64,000 nucleotides of DNA from Flectonema sp. DT1601 (Eukaryota). The position numbers were made by a program, and so were the translations under genes. Shown one piece after another: positions 1 to 10,656 of this stretch. The DNA lies in assembly GCA_964019425.1 (NCBI GenBank), contig OZ025794.1, forward strand, positions 806,001 to 870,000. The letters are read 5' to 3'. The first letter of the stretch is position 1. The number at the start of each line of letters is the position of its first letter. The notes beneath the pieces were generated by a model. It made no database searches, had not been told where the DNA came from, and worked only from the letters and a program-made list of their open reading frames with translations.

Positions 1-2
1 AC

Positions 3-1382
3 ATTAGAAATATCACCCAAAATATGACTCAACTCCTGTGTTTCTCCAGAGAGGTCAGGCGTAGCCCTTCCATTTGCAATTGCTGCGAGGTCTGATTCTA
101 ATTGAGGTGCGGTTGTGCTTTCGTATCGTAAATCAGAAACCATTGTTGCAGCAGTTGGTTGTGTTGCTCCAGGTACTAAAGGGTTTTGCAACATCCCTAC
201 AAAAGCATCCAAAGCTTTTCTCCAAGCGCTCAAAATAGTATCAACACGGTTATCAGTATCTTTTAATAAACTGTGATGAATAGCACTCAGTAAAGCCTGT
301 CCTATAACAGGATACAGTGATTCACTAACACCGTAGTGGAGGTGACGTTGACCGAGGACTTGGAGGTAGTCAACGGCAGGTTTGAAACCCCGATTCTCAA
401 GTAAATCAATAACAAGGCCAACACCATCAAGGAGCTTCACTCCCATTTCTGTTGGAGATATTTTTTTTATATTCAAAATATCAGAAATTTCCGGAGACAA
501 GTCAAGAGCTCCCCTCACAATTGCAGCTGCAGCAGACTCCCTATTGGTAACGCGAGAGAGGGACAATCTTATTAACGATAATTCATCATCACTCGGTACC
601 AAACTAGTTTGATGCTTTACATGCAACTCTCTCATTTGACTCCCCGCAGCCATCGTGATGCTTATTAATGCATGAAGTTTGACCCAGGCTTTTTTAATTT
701 GATTATCTCTAATTTTTGATTCAGTCATTAAATGTCTTCTTATTAATGATAAGATACCATTACATATGATGTGGTAGTCCCTTTCAACAATTCCAAAACT
801 AATGTGACTTCTGGCTACTCCACGAACGTATCCTTCTACAACAGACATCTCACGGAGATGGTCGGTAAAAAGACGTAGAAGCGGAAGAAATTGCTGTGTA
901 GGATCATTGCGTACTCCAGTAGATATTTTTTCATCGAATTTTTGAAGTCGTTCTGCCACGTCTGGTGATCGGACTTCGATCTCCGAATAGAACATTTTAG
1001 AAATAGAAACTTCACACAAAATTGATTCAAAGCTAACCTGAACTCTCTCAATGTCCTCATCACTCATTAAAACTATATTACCTCCCAGTGACGGATGGGT
1101 TTCCCTTTCTGCTTTTAAATCAGCAATATCATCCTGGAGCCTGAGCACAAGTTGCCTCTGACTAACTGGATCTAATAAGTTAGCCAAGAACTGTAAAGGA
1201 TTACTTGGCTTTTGTGTTAGGCATTTCTCCCATGCTTCGCCTATTATTTTTGTTAAATCGTGTCTCTCGATATATTGTTGATCGTGTGATTCAACAAGCC
1301 TCGTGTGATTTCTTTTAAATGCCGAGTCCCGAACTCCACGAAAATATCTCGGATTGGGCGCCATCACTTTTATTGATTCCAT
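3..1382 (-). CDS. Partial gene (C-terminus beyond left edge): DPY-30/RIIa-like dimerisation-docking domain + coiled coil + two tandem globin domains
   Basis: Manual translation from ATG at 1382 is open for 460 codons to the window edge (not in ORF track, no stop in window). YIERHDLTKIIGEAWEKCLTQKPSNPLQFLANLL is D/D-like. Globin 1: MSDEDIERVQVSF...VARSHISFGI...KKAW. Globin 2: ...LQVLGQRHLHYGVSESLYPVIGQALL...SAW. Confidence 0.85.
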   Translation of the reverse strand, partial: MESIKVMAPNPRYFRGVRDSAFKRNHTRLVESHDQQYIERHDLTKIIGEAWEKCLTQKPSNPLQFLANLLDPVSQRQLVLRLQDDIADLKAERETHPSLGGNIVLMSDEDIERVQVSFESILCEVSISKMFYSEIEVRSPDVAERLQKFDEKISTGVRNDPTQQFLPLLRLFTDHLREMSVVEGYVRGVARSHISFGIVERDYHIICNGILSLIRRHLMTESKIRDNQIKKAWVKLHALISITMAAGSQMRELHVKHQTSLVPSDDELSLIRLSLSRVTNRESAAAAIVRGALDLSPEISDILNIKKISPTEMGVKLLDGVGLVIDLLENRGFKPAVDYLQVLGQRHLHYGVSESLYPVIGQALLSAIHHSLLKDTDNRVDTILSAWRKALDAFVGMLQNPLVPGATQPTAATMVSDLRYESTTAPQLESDLAAIANGRATPDLSGETQELSHILGDISN

Positions 1383-1539
1383 TTTTTGTTTATTTTAATT
1401 TATATTTTTTACTTTTAGAGATAATTTTAAAAGGGAACTATAAAAAAAAGAAAATATTTATTCACAATATAATAGAATTCACAGCTGCTGTAAGTGCGTG
1501 TAAAACAGATTGTGAAATCTAATAAAAAACCAGAATACG

Positions 1540-1574
<35 letters not shown>

Positions 1575-1590
1575 AAACTAATAAACCATA

Positions 1591-2643
1591 TCAAGTAGAA
1601 CAGGAGTCAGTGTAGTCAGAGCTGTTGTTGCTGTCATCGTTGTTGTTGTGGTATTCATCTGCTTTAAGTACAGTGTGATTATTAAGAAGCTGCATCAGGT
1701 TGTCATTCTCATCACCGTCTACTGGATTAGCATCAGGGCTGTTAATTGCCAGTAGTCTTTCAGATTCATCATCAGGGGGTTTGGTTAAGTTTTCATAGCA
1801 AGTTCGCAACGCAACTGCTTGTCTCAAAGCCCAACGTTGGCTGTTTATGGGAACGCCTTTACTACAATTAGGAACTAATGACGTATTTAATAAAGGTACA
1901 AAGTAACCACTAACACATAAATCAATAAGTTCATGAAGAAGAGAAGATTGACTAGCAAACTCAGATGCTACATATTGCTCAAGCTTCTTAAGTCTTTGCA
2001 AGAACACAGGTGTTGCAGCTTGAGGTACTTTTTTACTAATTCCGTTCTGTTCCGAACATTGAAATAAAGTCAGCGATGGAACATTTGAACAGAGAGGATA
2101 ACTACATAATTTCAAAGGAAGATGATCAGTCAAAGCCGATTGCTCAATAAAACGGCAATCTCTTACTATTTTTATTATGTAGTTCTGTTGGTTGAATACA
2201 AAAGCAAACGGACGAGTTAGCATTGCCCTCCAATGCTTTATGGCATCTAATACAGTAATGGTTACAGTTTGTAATAAGTAAATATAACGAAGGGCTTTTG
2301 TTCGAATGGAGACGCTGGTTTTGCCGTCGTCTTCTTCGATGACGAGGGTTGTGGAGAGTTTTTCAAATAAAGAAATTAGTTCAAAAACTTTATTTAAAAC
2401 TGTTTCTCTGTCTTGGATTGCTACTAAGACTCGCATTGTTCGCGATTTGTGATCTCGTAAGAGTTTAATTAGCTTTGTTAGTCTGGCATCATTACCTTCT
2501 TCTTTAACGCGATCACTGTTCTCTCCAATTAAATTATTTCGGTACATTAACCGATCTAAAGTCGGTAAACTAACGTCACCAACTACTACATCAAATTCCC
2601 TAACGTTGTCTTCTATGCAGCTTTTCCTTCGACGTTGTCGCAT
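1591..2643 (-). CDS. Hypothetical protein (~350 aa, helical)
   Basis: Long ORF; likely start MRQRRRK at 2643, just after U-rich acceptor TTAATATTTACTTCACAG. No recognisable domain. Confidence 0.7.
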   Translation of the reverse strand: MRQRRRKSCIEDNVREFDVVVGDVSLPTLDRLMYRNNLIGENSDRVKEEGNDARLTKLIKLLRDHKSRTMRVLVAIQDRETVLNKVFELISLFEKLSTTLVIEEDDGKTSVSIRTKALRYIYLLQTVTITVLDAIKHWRAMLTRPFAFVFNQQNYIIKIVRDCRFIEQSALTDHLPLKLCSYPLCSNVPSLTLFQCSEQNGISKKVPQAATPVFLQRLKKLEQYVASEFASQSSLLHELIDLCVSGYFVPLLNTSLVPNCSKGVPINSQRWALRQAVALRTCYENLTKPPDDESERLLAINSPDANPVDGDENDNLMQLLNNHTVLKADEYHNNNDDSNNSSDYTDSCST

Positions 2644-2996
2644 GTTGTTTACTTCATCCCCGACTGTGAAGTAAATATTAATTAAACAGAGAGACTTACA
2701 CTGATGATTAGAGATGAAGAAGAACCTGAAACAAATGACTACCTTGATCCACATCCTGCGCAATCATAACAGTTGTAGAGATGATAACGTCAAAGAGAGA
2801 ACATGCCACGAGATCAGAAAATAAGAAATAAAGGAAACACAATAAAAAGCAACGAAACTAAATTCTAATAATAAAATAAAACAATTACACCACAGGAAAC
2901 AATCACATTAACATCCTCCCAGAAGACACCAGGAGACACTGCAGGTAGCGTCTTAACCGGGATATAAATTCAGAAAGCTTGGCATAATATGAATTA

Positions 2997-4682
2997 TCAA
3001 CAAGTTTTAGAAGATGGACACAATGACTGACGCACGGAATCAGCATTGACATCTACTCCCTGGAGGAAGTTACTGCCGATTATCTCAAGTTTACTTTGGG
3101 ACGGCAGGTCCAATTCTGTTATTGAACTACATTGGGAAAGAAATGAGTCGCCAATAGAAGTAACGTTATTAAAAACTGACAAGTCAAGTCGAGATATCAA
3201 CTCACAGTTTGAAAGAAAGAAATGACCAACAGAACGAAGATTTCCCAAACTAGAAAAATCGAGTTCCGTAGATTTACAACAACAAAGGAAGTTATTGTCA
3301 ATAGAAGTAACACTATTGAGCGACAGACTCAGGTTTTCAACTGCGCAACCTTGGAGAAAGTTTTGACCAATAGACGTGACGCTATCGAGGCATAAGTCTA
3401 ATGTTTTAATAGAAGTACCGTAACCCAAAAAGTTACTTCCTATAGAAGTAACATTCTGCAGCCCAGACAATGAAAGCGTCTCCAATGATGTGCAATGACA
3501 AAAAGTAAAATCACCAATAGATGTAACGCTTGTGAGACCTGGAAGGTCAAGCATTGTTAGGGACGCACAATTGTAAAGGAAGTAATTCCCAATATGATTA
3601 ACTTTACTTGGTGCTGACAAGTTTAATGACCTAAGTTCTCTACACTCACAGAGAGCTTTTCGTGCAAGCGATCCAACACCAATTAGATTTGGAATTCGCA
3701 GTAATCTCAAAGAACTACATTCTTTGAGAAAACCTTCACCCACAGACTCAATATTCTTCCATCCTGACAAGTCAAGTTCCCTTAACGACCTGCAAGAATG
3801 TAAAAAGGCATGTCCAATAAAAGTAAGGTTTGGGGTGTCAGGAAAACTCATGGTCTCAACCAAAAAATTATATTCCATAAAATAAGACCCAATGGAGGTC
3901 ACATTTGTCAGTCCTGATAAATTAACCGACACAACCGAACAATTGAACAGAAAGAAATCCCCAATTGACGTGACGCTACTGAAACTTGACAAGTCCAGCG
4001 TCGCAATTCCCTTACAATAGTAAAGGAAATAATCAGAAATAAAAGTTAATTGTCCAAAACCTGATATGTTTAATTCACTCATTGACTCACAACGATCTAA
4101 GAATAGTCTCCCAATAGAAGTAACGTTACTAAGTAGAGATAGGTCTAAAGACGTAAGTAACTCGCATTCATTTAGGAAATGTGATCCAATGGATGTGGCG
4201 CATCGTAGTCCGGTCACGTCGATTTCCGTAATCTTCGATTTTGATAAGAATTCTGAGACAGAAGAAATTGCCGGATCTGGATTACAAAAGTGAATAGTTC
4301 GAATCCCGGACGGGATCATCTCACTGTCAAAAATAGCTACATCATTCTGTACCAATGTCTGAGTACCCACTCGTAAGATTTTATTAAAATAGTTCTCACA
4401 GAGATGAGAAACTCTTTGTCTTGATTCATGACTAATGAAACTTTCCCTTTTAAACATATTTATGAGTGACGCTTCCAACTGTGAGTCAGCTTCCACACCG
4501 TGAGTAATCAATCGGGTTTCTGATGGAAGTAACTTCCCTTCAAAAGAAATCTCAAGTAATTCAGCATCGGTATTTCATTCATCTGCTGCTGTCTGAGCTG
4601 CATACTTAACAAGTGTGTCTTCATTGACAGTGAATGTGATGTCAGGGAATCCAGAATCAGGAAAACAAACTGAAACTTGCAT
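2997..4682 (-). pseudogene. Ubiquitin-like N-terminus + BspA-type leucine-rich repeat protein with an in-frame TGA at 4575-4577 (nonsense allele, readthrough or sequence error)
   Basis: ATG at 4682 gives MQVSVCFPDSGFPDITF...AADE*NTDAELLEISFEGKLL, in frame with the 504-aa ORF. Repeated LDLSxLxNVTSIGxxFL units. Confidence 0.7.
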
Positions 4683-5097
4683 TTTAAATTTAATTATCTA
4701 AAGCTACATGAATAATAATAAATTAAACTTTTTACTTTTAAGAAGTAAATGTGCTTACCAACTCGGATGTAACTTAACAACTGCTGAAGATAATTTTAAA
4801 TAGAAACTTTACCACAATTCAATTCATCACAATAAGATATATCCACCGTATAATAAACAACTAAATAAAGGGAATCGAAATCCAAAGACACCACCTCCAA
4901 GGTATCTTATCTTGGACGCTGCCTGTAAAGGTCAGCTAATATGGGAAATTGAGAGAGGAATAATGAAATGTAAATGAAATTTTAGATAAAAAAGAGAAAA
5001 GAAAATAAAAAAGGCCAGCTGTTTCTTTTCCTTTTTTCTTCAGACAAATCCAACAAGAAACATTGAAGTGAAGGAAACTACTACTAAGTATTTAAGA

Positions 5098-6934
5098 CTA
5101 ATTTCTTCGATGCTTCTCTTTTCCCTTCTTTTTACCGCGGTCGTTTCGATCGTCTTTGTTGAGCTGCCGTGCCAAGCGGGCTTCTGTCTGGAGACGAAGT
5201 TCTTCCTGCGAAAAGGGACGTTCGTCTTCACCATCTTCGGTGAAGTCGTTACCGAAAGAGTCACCAGCTGCAGGTAGCTTACTTTCTACTACTTTCGAAA
5301 GGTTGGTACTTCCCATCGGAACAGCTGGGCCGATTCCGATAAACTTCGTTTTGTTAGCTGATTGCTCTACTACAACGTCTTCATCCTCATCTTCTTCTTC
5401 ATCCTCATCAATTACTTCTTCTCCTTGTTCTCTTCTAACTTGACGTTCTTGAGCTCTGCGTTCTTTAGCCTGTTTCTTTTCTTCATCCTTTAACCTTGCT
5501 TTACTTCTTACTTCAGAAGCTTTAGCAACGTTGTATGCTGCGAGTATATCGTTTGCGCGTTCTTCAATCATTCCGAGAAACATCATCATACTACTTTCAC
5601 TGCATTCGGTGGATCCTAATTCTGACATGTCTTCAGCAGAACAACCGACTCTATTAAATATTTCAGATATCATTACTTGAAGGTCTTCAATACGTTTTCT
5701 AGCTTGTATTGCACTGTCGTTGAGATTCTCTGCCAATCCTTCAGCCTTTGAGAGTTCCTCTTCGAGGTCTTTAAGTTGTTTCCAACGGGAAGGGTCGCCT
5801 TTTTCAATGTTTGTGAATTCTTTTAGCTTTTCAATCTCTTCGTCGTAGCGTTCTATTTCAGCGTTTAGTTCGTTAACGAAGTTGTACATCGAAAAGTTTT
5901 GCTCTTCCGCTTTTACAAATTTCTGATGTAATACTTCCATGTCTTGAATACCAGTCGCTTCCTTTAACTGATCAACAATCTCTTGGTAGTTTACTAGACG
6001 CATTTCTTGTTCTTGTTCAAAGTCTTGTTTACCTTTCTCAGTTTTCTTTTTTCTCGTTGATCCATTTTCTTCTTCTTCTTCATGTTTGCTGGTGGGTACT
6101 TTTGTTAGACTTCTCATGTTCTTAATTGAATTCTCAAGATTCTTGTTGGCTTCTAACATCAGATCCAACTCTTCAAAGTGACGTTCGTATTGCTGAATAT
6201 CCTGTTGTTGTTTGTTGTTAATTATAATAGTATAAAACACACTTTACTTTATTTGTTAATATTTTGAAACGAGAGATGCATACCTTCTCAGCTGCTTCGC
6301 GAAGGTGTTTGAGTTCGACTCCAGAGGCATCGCGATCTTCGTAGTATAAATTTGACTTTTCGATGATCTCCGCCATTTGTTTTTTCTTTTCATGTAATTC
6401 CTTTTCTAGTTTCTTATAAATGCCATCGAATACAACCCTTTCCCTTCTCAGATTATCAATCTGTTCACGAAGTTCTTTATTATAACTGAGAGCTTCGTTG
6501 AACTTTACTAGAGCCTGATCAAGACGGTTTTCAAGAACTTTTATTTGTTTGTCAACAACTTGATGATTTTCTTGAGTTGCATTAACGCCTCCCATTGTTT
6601 GGGCTCGTTCTTTACGTTTACCAACTAATAGAGATTGGTATTCTGCTGCTTTGAGTTCGTATTCTCGTAGTTTTCTCATTTCTACTTCTATTCTTCTTTG
6701 CATGAGATCATAAGATTCCTCTCTTCCTTGTAACTCTACTTGGAATTTGCTTGTCAGTCCTGTTGATGCTTCGGTGCCTTTTAGTTCTTCTCTCAGTTTC
6801 TTATTCTCCTTTTTCAGAGTGTTAACGGTTTCTCCTTGCTTCTGCAGCATGCTTTTAGTATCTCCTCCGTAGGACTTTCTGTTGCCGGCACACATTTTCA
6901 TCCTCTTTGTGAGGTTATCTTCTTCTGCCGACAT
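5098..6934 (-). CDS. ODAD1: Outer dynein arm docking complex subunit (ODA1/DC2, CCDC114/CCDC63 family); exons 6284-6934 and 5098-6201; 584 aa
   Basis: Motifs IKVLENRLDQALVKFNEALSYNKELREQIDNLRRER and FVKAEEQNFSMYNFVNELNAEIE. Intron 6202-6283 joins the two ORFs in frame (EAAEK|DIQQ). Confidence 0.9.
6202..6283 (-). other. Spliceosomal intron, 82 nt
   Basis: GTATGC...ATTAACAACAAACAACAACAG; restores reading frame. Confidence 0.9.
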
Positions 6935-7220
6935 TTTGTTTTTGAGTTTTCTTTTTCTTTCTGTTGAAAAACATGTTTTGTTTGTTGATCTTTTATTTAT
7001 CTGGTTTAGGCAGGTGGTACATCTTTGATTAAAATGAGAATCTGTCGGGGTGTGAAAATTAAAATTTTCTAAAAATTCCGTAACTGAAATGAATCCATCG
7101 ACAGAATATTCGTCTCCTTCAACATAAAATCCATAATATGATTGACAATAAATGATTGTGAGGTAGCGGTCAACGAGATAGAGTGCGGACCAGCTGGCCT
7201 TAAACCTACGATTGTAATGT

Positions 7221-8384
7221 TCATGACGACGGTGTTAGCTCATCTGCTTTCGGTCTTTTTGTTAGTTGTTCAGCCTCAGCTTCAACTTCCTCTCTTGCAC
7301 GCTTTTCATATTCGTCCATAGTACCATCAATTGATCCAATAGGGTCTTTATACTCCTGATGAAGAGTAAGGAACTCAACGTCATTGGGATCGTTACCGAG
7401 TGCTTCCCACATTTCAGGGATGCTCTTGGCGAGTTGCATTTTGTCGAACACGCTTTTGAAAGCTTTCTTAGCAGATTCCTCACAGAATGAACGAGTTAGA
7501 GCATACTTAACATCTCTCATACCGTTACCGTATTTCAAACAGTTTTTTAGATACTTTGAAAAAATTTCAACTTTCGGAACAGGATTCTCACTGAAACAAG
7601 AAGGATTATAAAACGCTCCTCTCGCAATCATACAACCTCTTACGTTTGGAAGCTTCTTTTCAAACATCGCTGAACATTCTTTAGGTCCCCATAAGTCACC
7701 ATTTAAATAAATTGGAATTGTTGTACCAGACTCGTGTAGCTCTCTGAGAATCTCAAAGAGATATTCATAACGAGGAGGATCAGCTGGTCGATCTGGTTTA
7801 AAACGAGCGTGAATAGTAATATGGTGAACTCCAGTATCGATAAGTTTATGAAGTAGGGAATGCATTTCAGTTTTATCTTGAAGCATTCTAATCTTACAGG
7901 AAACAGGAATAGATAAAGCAGCTTTAAGAGACTTCAAGATAGAACATGCTTTGTCTGGTTGTGATAAGAGTGCTGCACCCATTCCACCTTTTATTGAAAA
8001 GTCTTTTGGACATCCCATATTCAAATCAACTCCATCGATATCTCTTTCAAAGTGACGTGCTGCAGCTACAGCGTGTTCCGGACTATTTGTTCCTAATTGG
8101 AGTACAACTGGAGCACCTTCAGGGTATGGATTTTCTTTAGACTTTAATAGGGTGCTAAATACGACGGTTTGCAACAGTTTTTTGTGCTTTAATTTCCCTT
8201 TTTGCTCAGTGAGAATGTACCTCACAATGTCACCGTCGACTTCTCTCTTAGTCTTCACAAGTTTTTGAGCTATCAACTCCTCGCTGTACACGACGTCTGC
8301 GCCATGCTGAGCAGCGAGGAGGCGAAAAGAAATATTACTGACCCGTACCATGGGCGCGCATATGATCACGTTCTCTTTATCCAT
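7221..8384 (-). CDS. DUS2: tRNA-dihydrouridine synthase, DUS2-like
   Basis: APMVR..FRLLA..GADVVYSEE, QLGT, DLNMGCPK..SIKGGMGAALL, CKIR, IHAR, NGD, MIARGA. Confidence 0.88.
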   Translation of the reverse strand: MDKENVIICAPMVRVSNISFRLLAAQHGADVVYSEELIAQKLVKTKREVDGDIVRYILTEQKGKLKHKKLLQTVVFSTLLKSKENPYPEGAPVVLQLGTNSPEHAVAAARHFERDIDGVDLNMGCPKDFSIKGGMGAALLSQPDKACSILKSLKAALSIPVSCKIRMLQDKTEMHSLLHKLIDTGVHHITIHARFKPDRPADPPRYEYLFEILRELHESGTTIPIYLNGDLWGPKECSAMFEKKLPNVRGCMIARGAFYNPSCFSENPVPKVEIFSKYLKNCLKYGNGMRDVKYALTRSFCEESAKKAFKSVFDKMQLAKSIPEMWEALGNDPNDVEFLTLHQEYKDPIGSIDGTMDEYEKRAREEVEAEAEQLTKRPKADELTPSS

Positions 8385-8640
8385 CTTTTAGATGTTAAGA
8401 CGCACTGTAGTAAATAAATATAACTCAATTCATGGATCACATCAACTTGTGATATTGAAGCAGCCTGTTTAAGTAGTTAAAAGACCTTCAGGAATACGTA
8501 AAATATATATAAATTCTGCTCTACTCTTTTGAGCTGATCCACAGCAATAAATAATCCCCCCGACAAGCTAGATTTCAATGTAAAGTTCTATTAAGGATTA
8601 AGTGTGAGGAAACAAAATCCAAAAATAACAACAATTAGTT

Positions 8641-9516
8641 TTAATCATTCTGAGTAATAAACCTATCGAGGTAGTTGCTTTCTAATGTCTGGGCTGCGGT
8701 AGCAGCAAGTTTGGCGGTTGAATTATGCTGATTCTGAAAGGGTTGAAAAGAGTAACCGTTTGCTTGATCAATATTAGACATAATCTCTTTCACAGATTCA
8801 ATCTGATCGATGCACATTGTGTGAAATGACACGTGCGGGAAGTCTTCAATTAGGGACACAAGAGCCTCATTAAGTTTCGAAAATCGAGCAGGAAAATTTT
8901 TTTGGGTACTCATACTCGTGATGAGGTGCTCTAAGTTATGTACTTCTGTGTAGAAATCGAGACCGAAATCGAGTTCATAATTTTTTAACAAGTCGATTTT
9001 TGTTAATATATTAACATGAGGCAACTCTAAATTCAGCATCGTATGCAGCGACATTAACAGAGCTGAGATATAATGTGGACCTGTCCTACAGTTAATTGAG
9101 TCGACAAGATGGACTGCACACAGTTGTACGTGTGCTTCTCTTTGTAAGAAGACGACAACGTTTCTAAATGCATCGTGGCTTGTGTAAAGTTCAACTTGTC
9201 CAGGACAGTCAAATAAATAGTAAGAACGAGTATCTTTGGTAACTTCTTCTCCTAACCAATCTTTATTACTCATTAAGTATTCTAAGCTGAATAAGAAAGC
9301 TCCGTTTGGTCCTAAGCTTTCTTCTTGCATTACAGTCTTGTGATCGACAAGATCTCTGATATCAATCTTTGCTTCGTACGGAAGGTTTTCATTAGCAGGA
9401 TCAAGGTTTACAATAATAACATTTCTTCCAATGCTTCGTAAATACTCCGCAAGACCCTTACAGTAGGTCGTCTTACCAGCTCCAGGGTGACCAAAAACGA
9501 GTTGTCCAAATGGCAT
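8641..9516 (-). CDS. GPN2: GPN-loop GTPase 2
   Basis: MPFGQLVFGHPGAGKTTYC P-loop, NLDPAN, LGPNG, FDCPGQVELYT, LELPHVNILTKIDLL. Start at 9516 follows acceptor CTATTTTTAACATCTCAG. Confidence 0.92.
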   Translation of the reverse strand: MPFGQLVFGHPGAGKTTYCKGLAEYLRSIGRNVIIVNLDPANENLPYEAKIDIRDLVDHKTVMQEESLGPNGAFLFSLEYLMSNKDWLGEEVTKDTRSYYLFDCPGQVELYTSHDAFRNVVVFLQREAHVQLCAVHLVDSINCRTGPHYISALLMSLHTMLNLELPHVNILTKIDLLKNYELDFGLDFYTEVHNLEHLITSMSTQKNFPARFSKLNEALVSLIEDFPHVSFHTMCIDQIESVKEIMSNIDQANGYSFQPFQNQHNSTAKLAATAAQTLESNYLDRFITQND

Positions 9517-9887
9517 CTTCTTGTCTGAGATGTTAAAAATAGAGTTAAGACATTTATAGGAAAAACAACACCTGTTGGTCATAATAATTTCACTTACATA
9601 ACTAACCTGATTAGGAAATAGCGTCTGATGAAGAAAGCAGACTAAACTATTTGATGGGATATAAAGAGTCACAGCTGTTCTAAAGTAAAAGAAAGCCGAT
9701 TCCCTAAAGGATGTCAACACTGTAGTATGTGTTGGTAACCTTCCGCAAATAGTACGAAGGGGGTTAGAGTTCCGTACCTTTGTATTGTTATTTTCAACAG
9801 ATAGTTGAAAAGGTTCAACGAAAGAACACTTTGTAGGTATCACATAAAGCATAAGAGTAATAACCTCTATTGTAGTAGTAATGTTGA

Positions 9888-10235
9888 TTATGTTATTGTG
9901 AGTCGTCCTACTTCTGAGACAAGTGCTTGTCGCTTCCGGATAACAGACTGCGCCTCGACTCCTCCCCGCTTTCTGGTGTGATCGAAACTGCATTGCTCTT
10001 TTGTCACTGAAGCAGAAGTAGGCGGTGGCTCTAAAGCGTCTAAGAAGCTCAATAAGTCTTTTTTTGGTATTACATCATCTTTTTCTTGACACCATTTTCT
10101 TATTTCACTCGTCATTGAAACAGCTCCGTTATAGTGCGACTGGTTGTGACCCAAAAACAGTTTCGCTATCATCTCACTGGCTACGCAGAACTTTGCCTTT
10201 AAGTCTTCCTGATGTTCTTGTTGACGCTCATCCAT
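9888..10235 (-). CDS. Small protein resembling the HAPSTR1/C16orf72 (DUF4588) family
   Basis: LKAKFCVASEMIAKLF...IRKWCQEKDDVIPKKDLLSFL resembles the recalled family pattern F..AA..VA.LY...W....I.+EDL+SFL; basic C-terminal tail. Confidence 0.5.
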   Translation of the reverse strand: MDERQQEHQEDLKAKFCVASEMIAKLFLGHNQSHYNGAVSMTSEIRKWCQEKDDVIPKKDLLSFLDALEPPPTSASVTKEQCSFDHTRKRGGVEAQSVIRKRQALVSEVGRLTIT

Positions 10236-10656
10236 TTCTCATATATGTGAAGTATTGTTCTGAAGAGTATCGAATGGGGTTTTTTTTTAATTTCGATATT
10301 TTAAAATGATAACATCGTATCAAAGTTAATTAATAGGAACACTTAGTTATAAGATTCTATAATATTCTATAATATTATAATGTTTCTAACTTTATCTGTC
10401 TGAAAAGAAATATATGTGCAAACAAGATTGTTGTTAACTAACACAAAAACGGATGTTCACATTGAACACGTCGTACGTAACGAAAATCGAATTTGTTTTC
10501 CTAACAAACACTCAGAGTGTTCCGAACACCAAAAACATAACAGCAACAATACAGACACGCGGGGTGCGTGGATTTCGAAGGTTGAGAACAAGTCAACTGA
10601 TTTCAGCACAGAAGCTGTCATCAAACATAACAAAGACGTACAAACTTTTATATAAT

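Noticed and set aside
4575..4577. Genome-wide TGA=Trp reassignment
   Set aside because: Only one case; TGA terminates conserved genes here (e.g. strumpellin, DUS2) and Trp is encoded by TGG.
9517..9993. 159-aa N-terminal extension of GPN2 overlapping the upstream gene
   Set aside because: GPN2 similarity starts at MPFGQ (9516), preceded by a U-rich AG acceptor; the extension looks like intergenic sequence open by chance.
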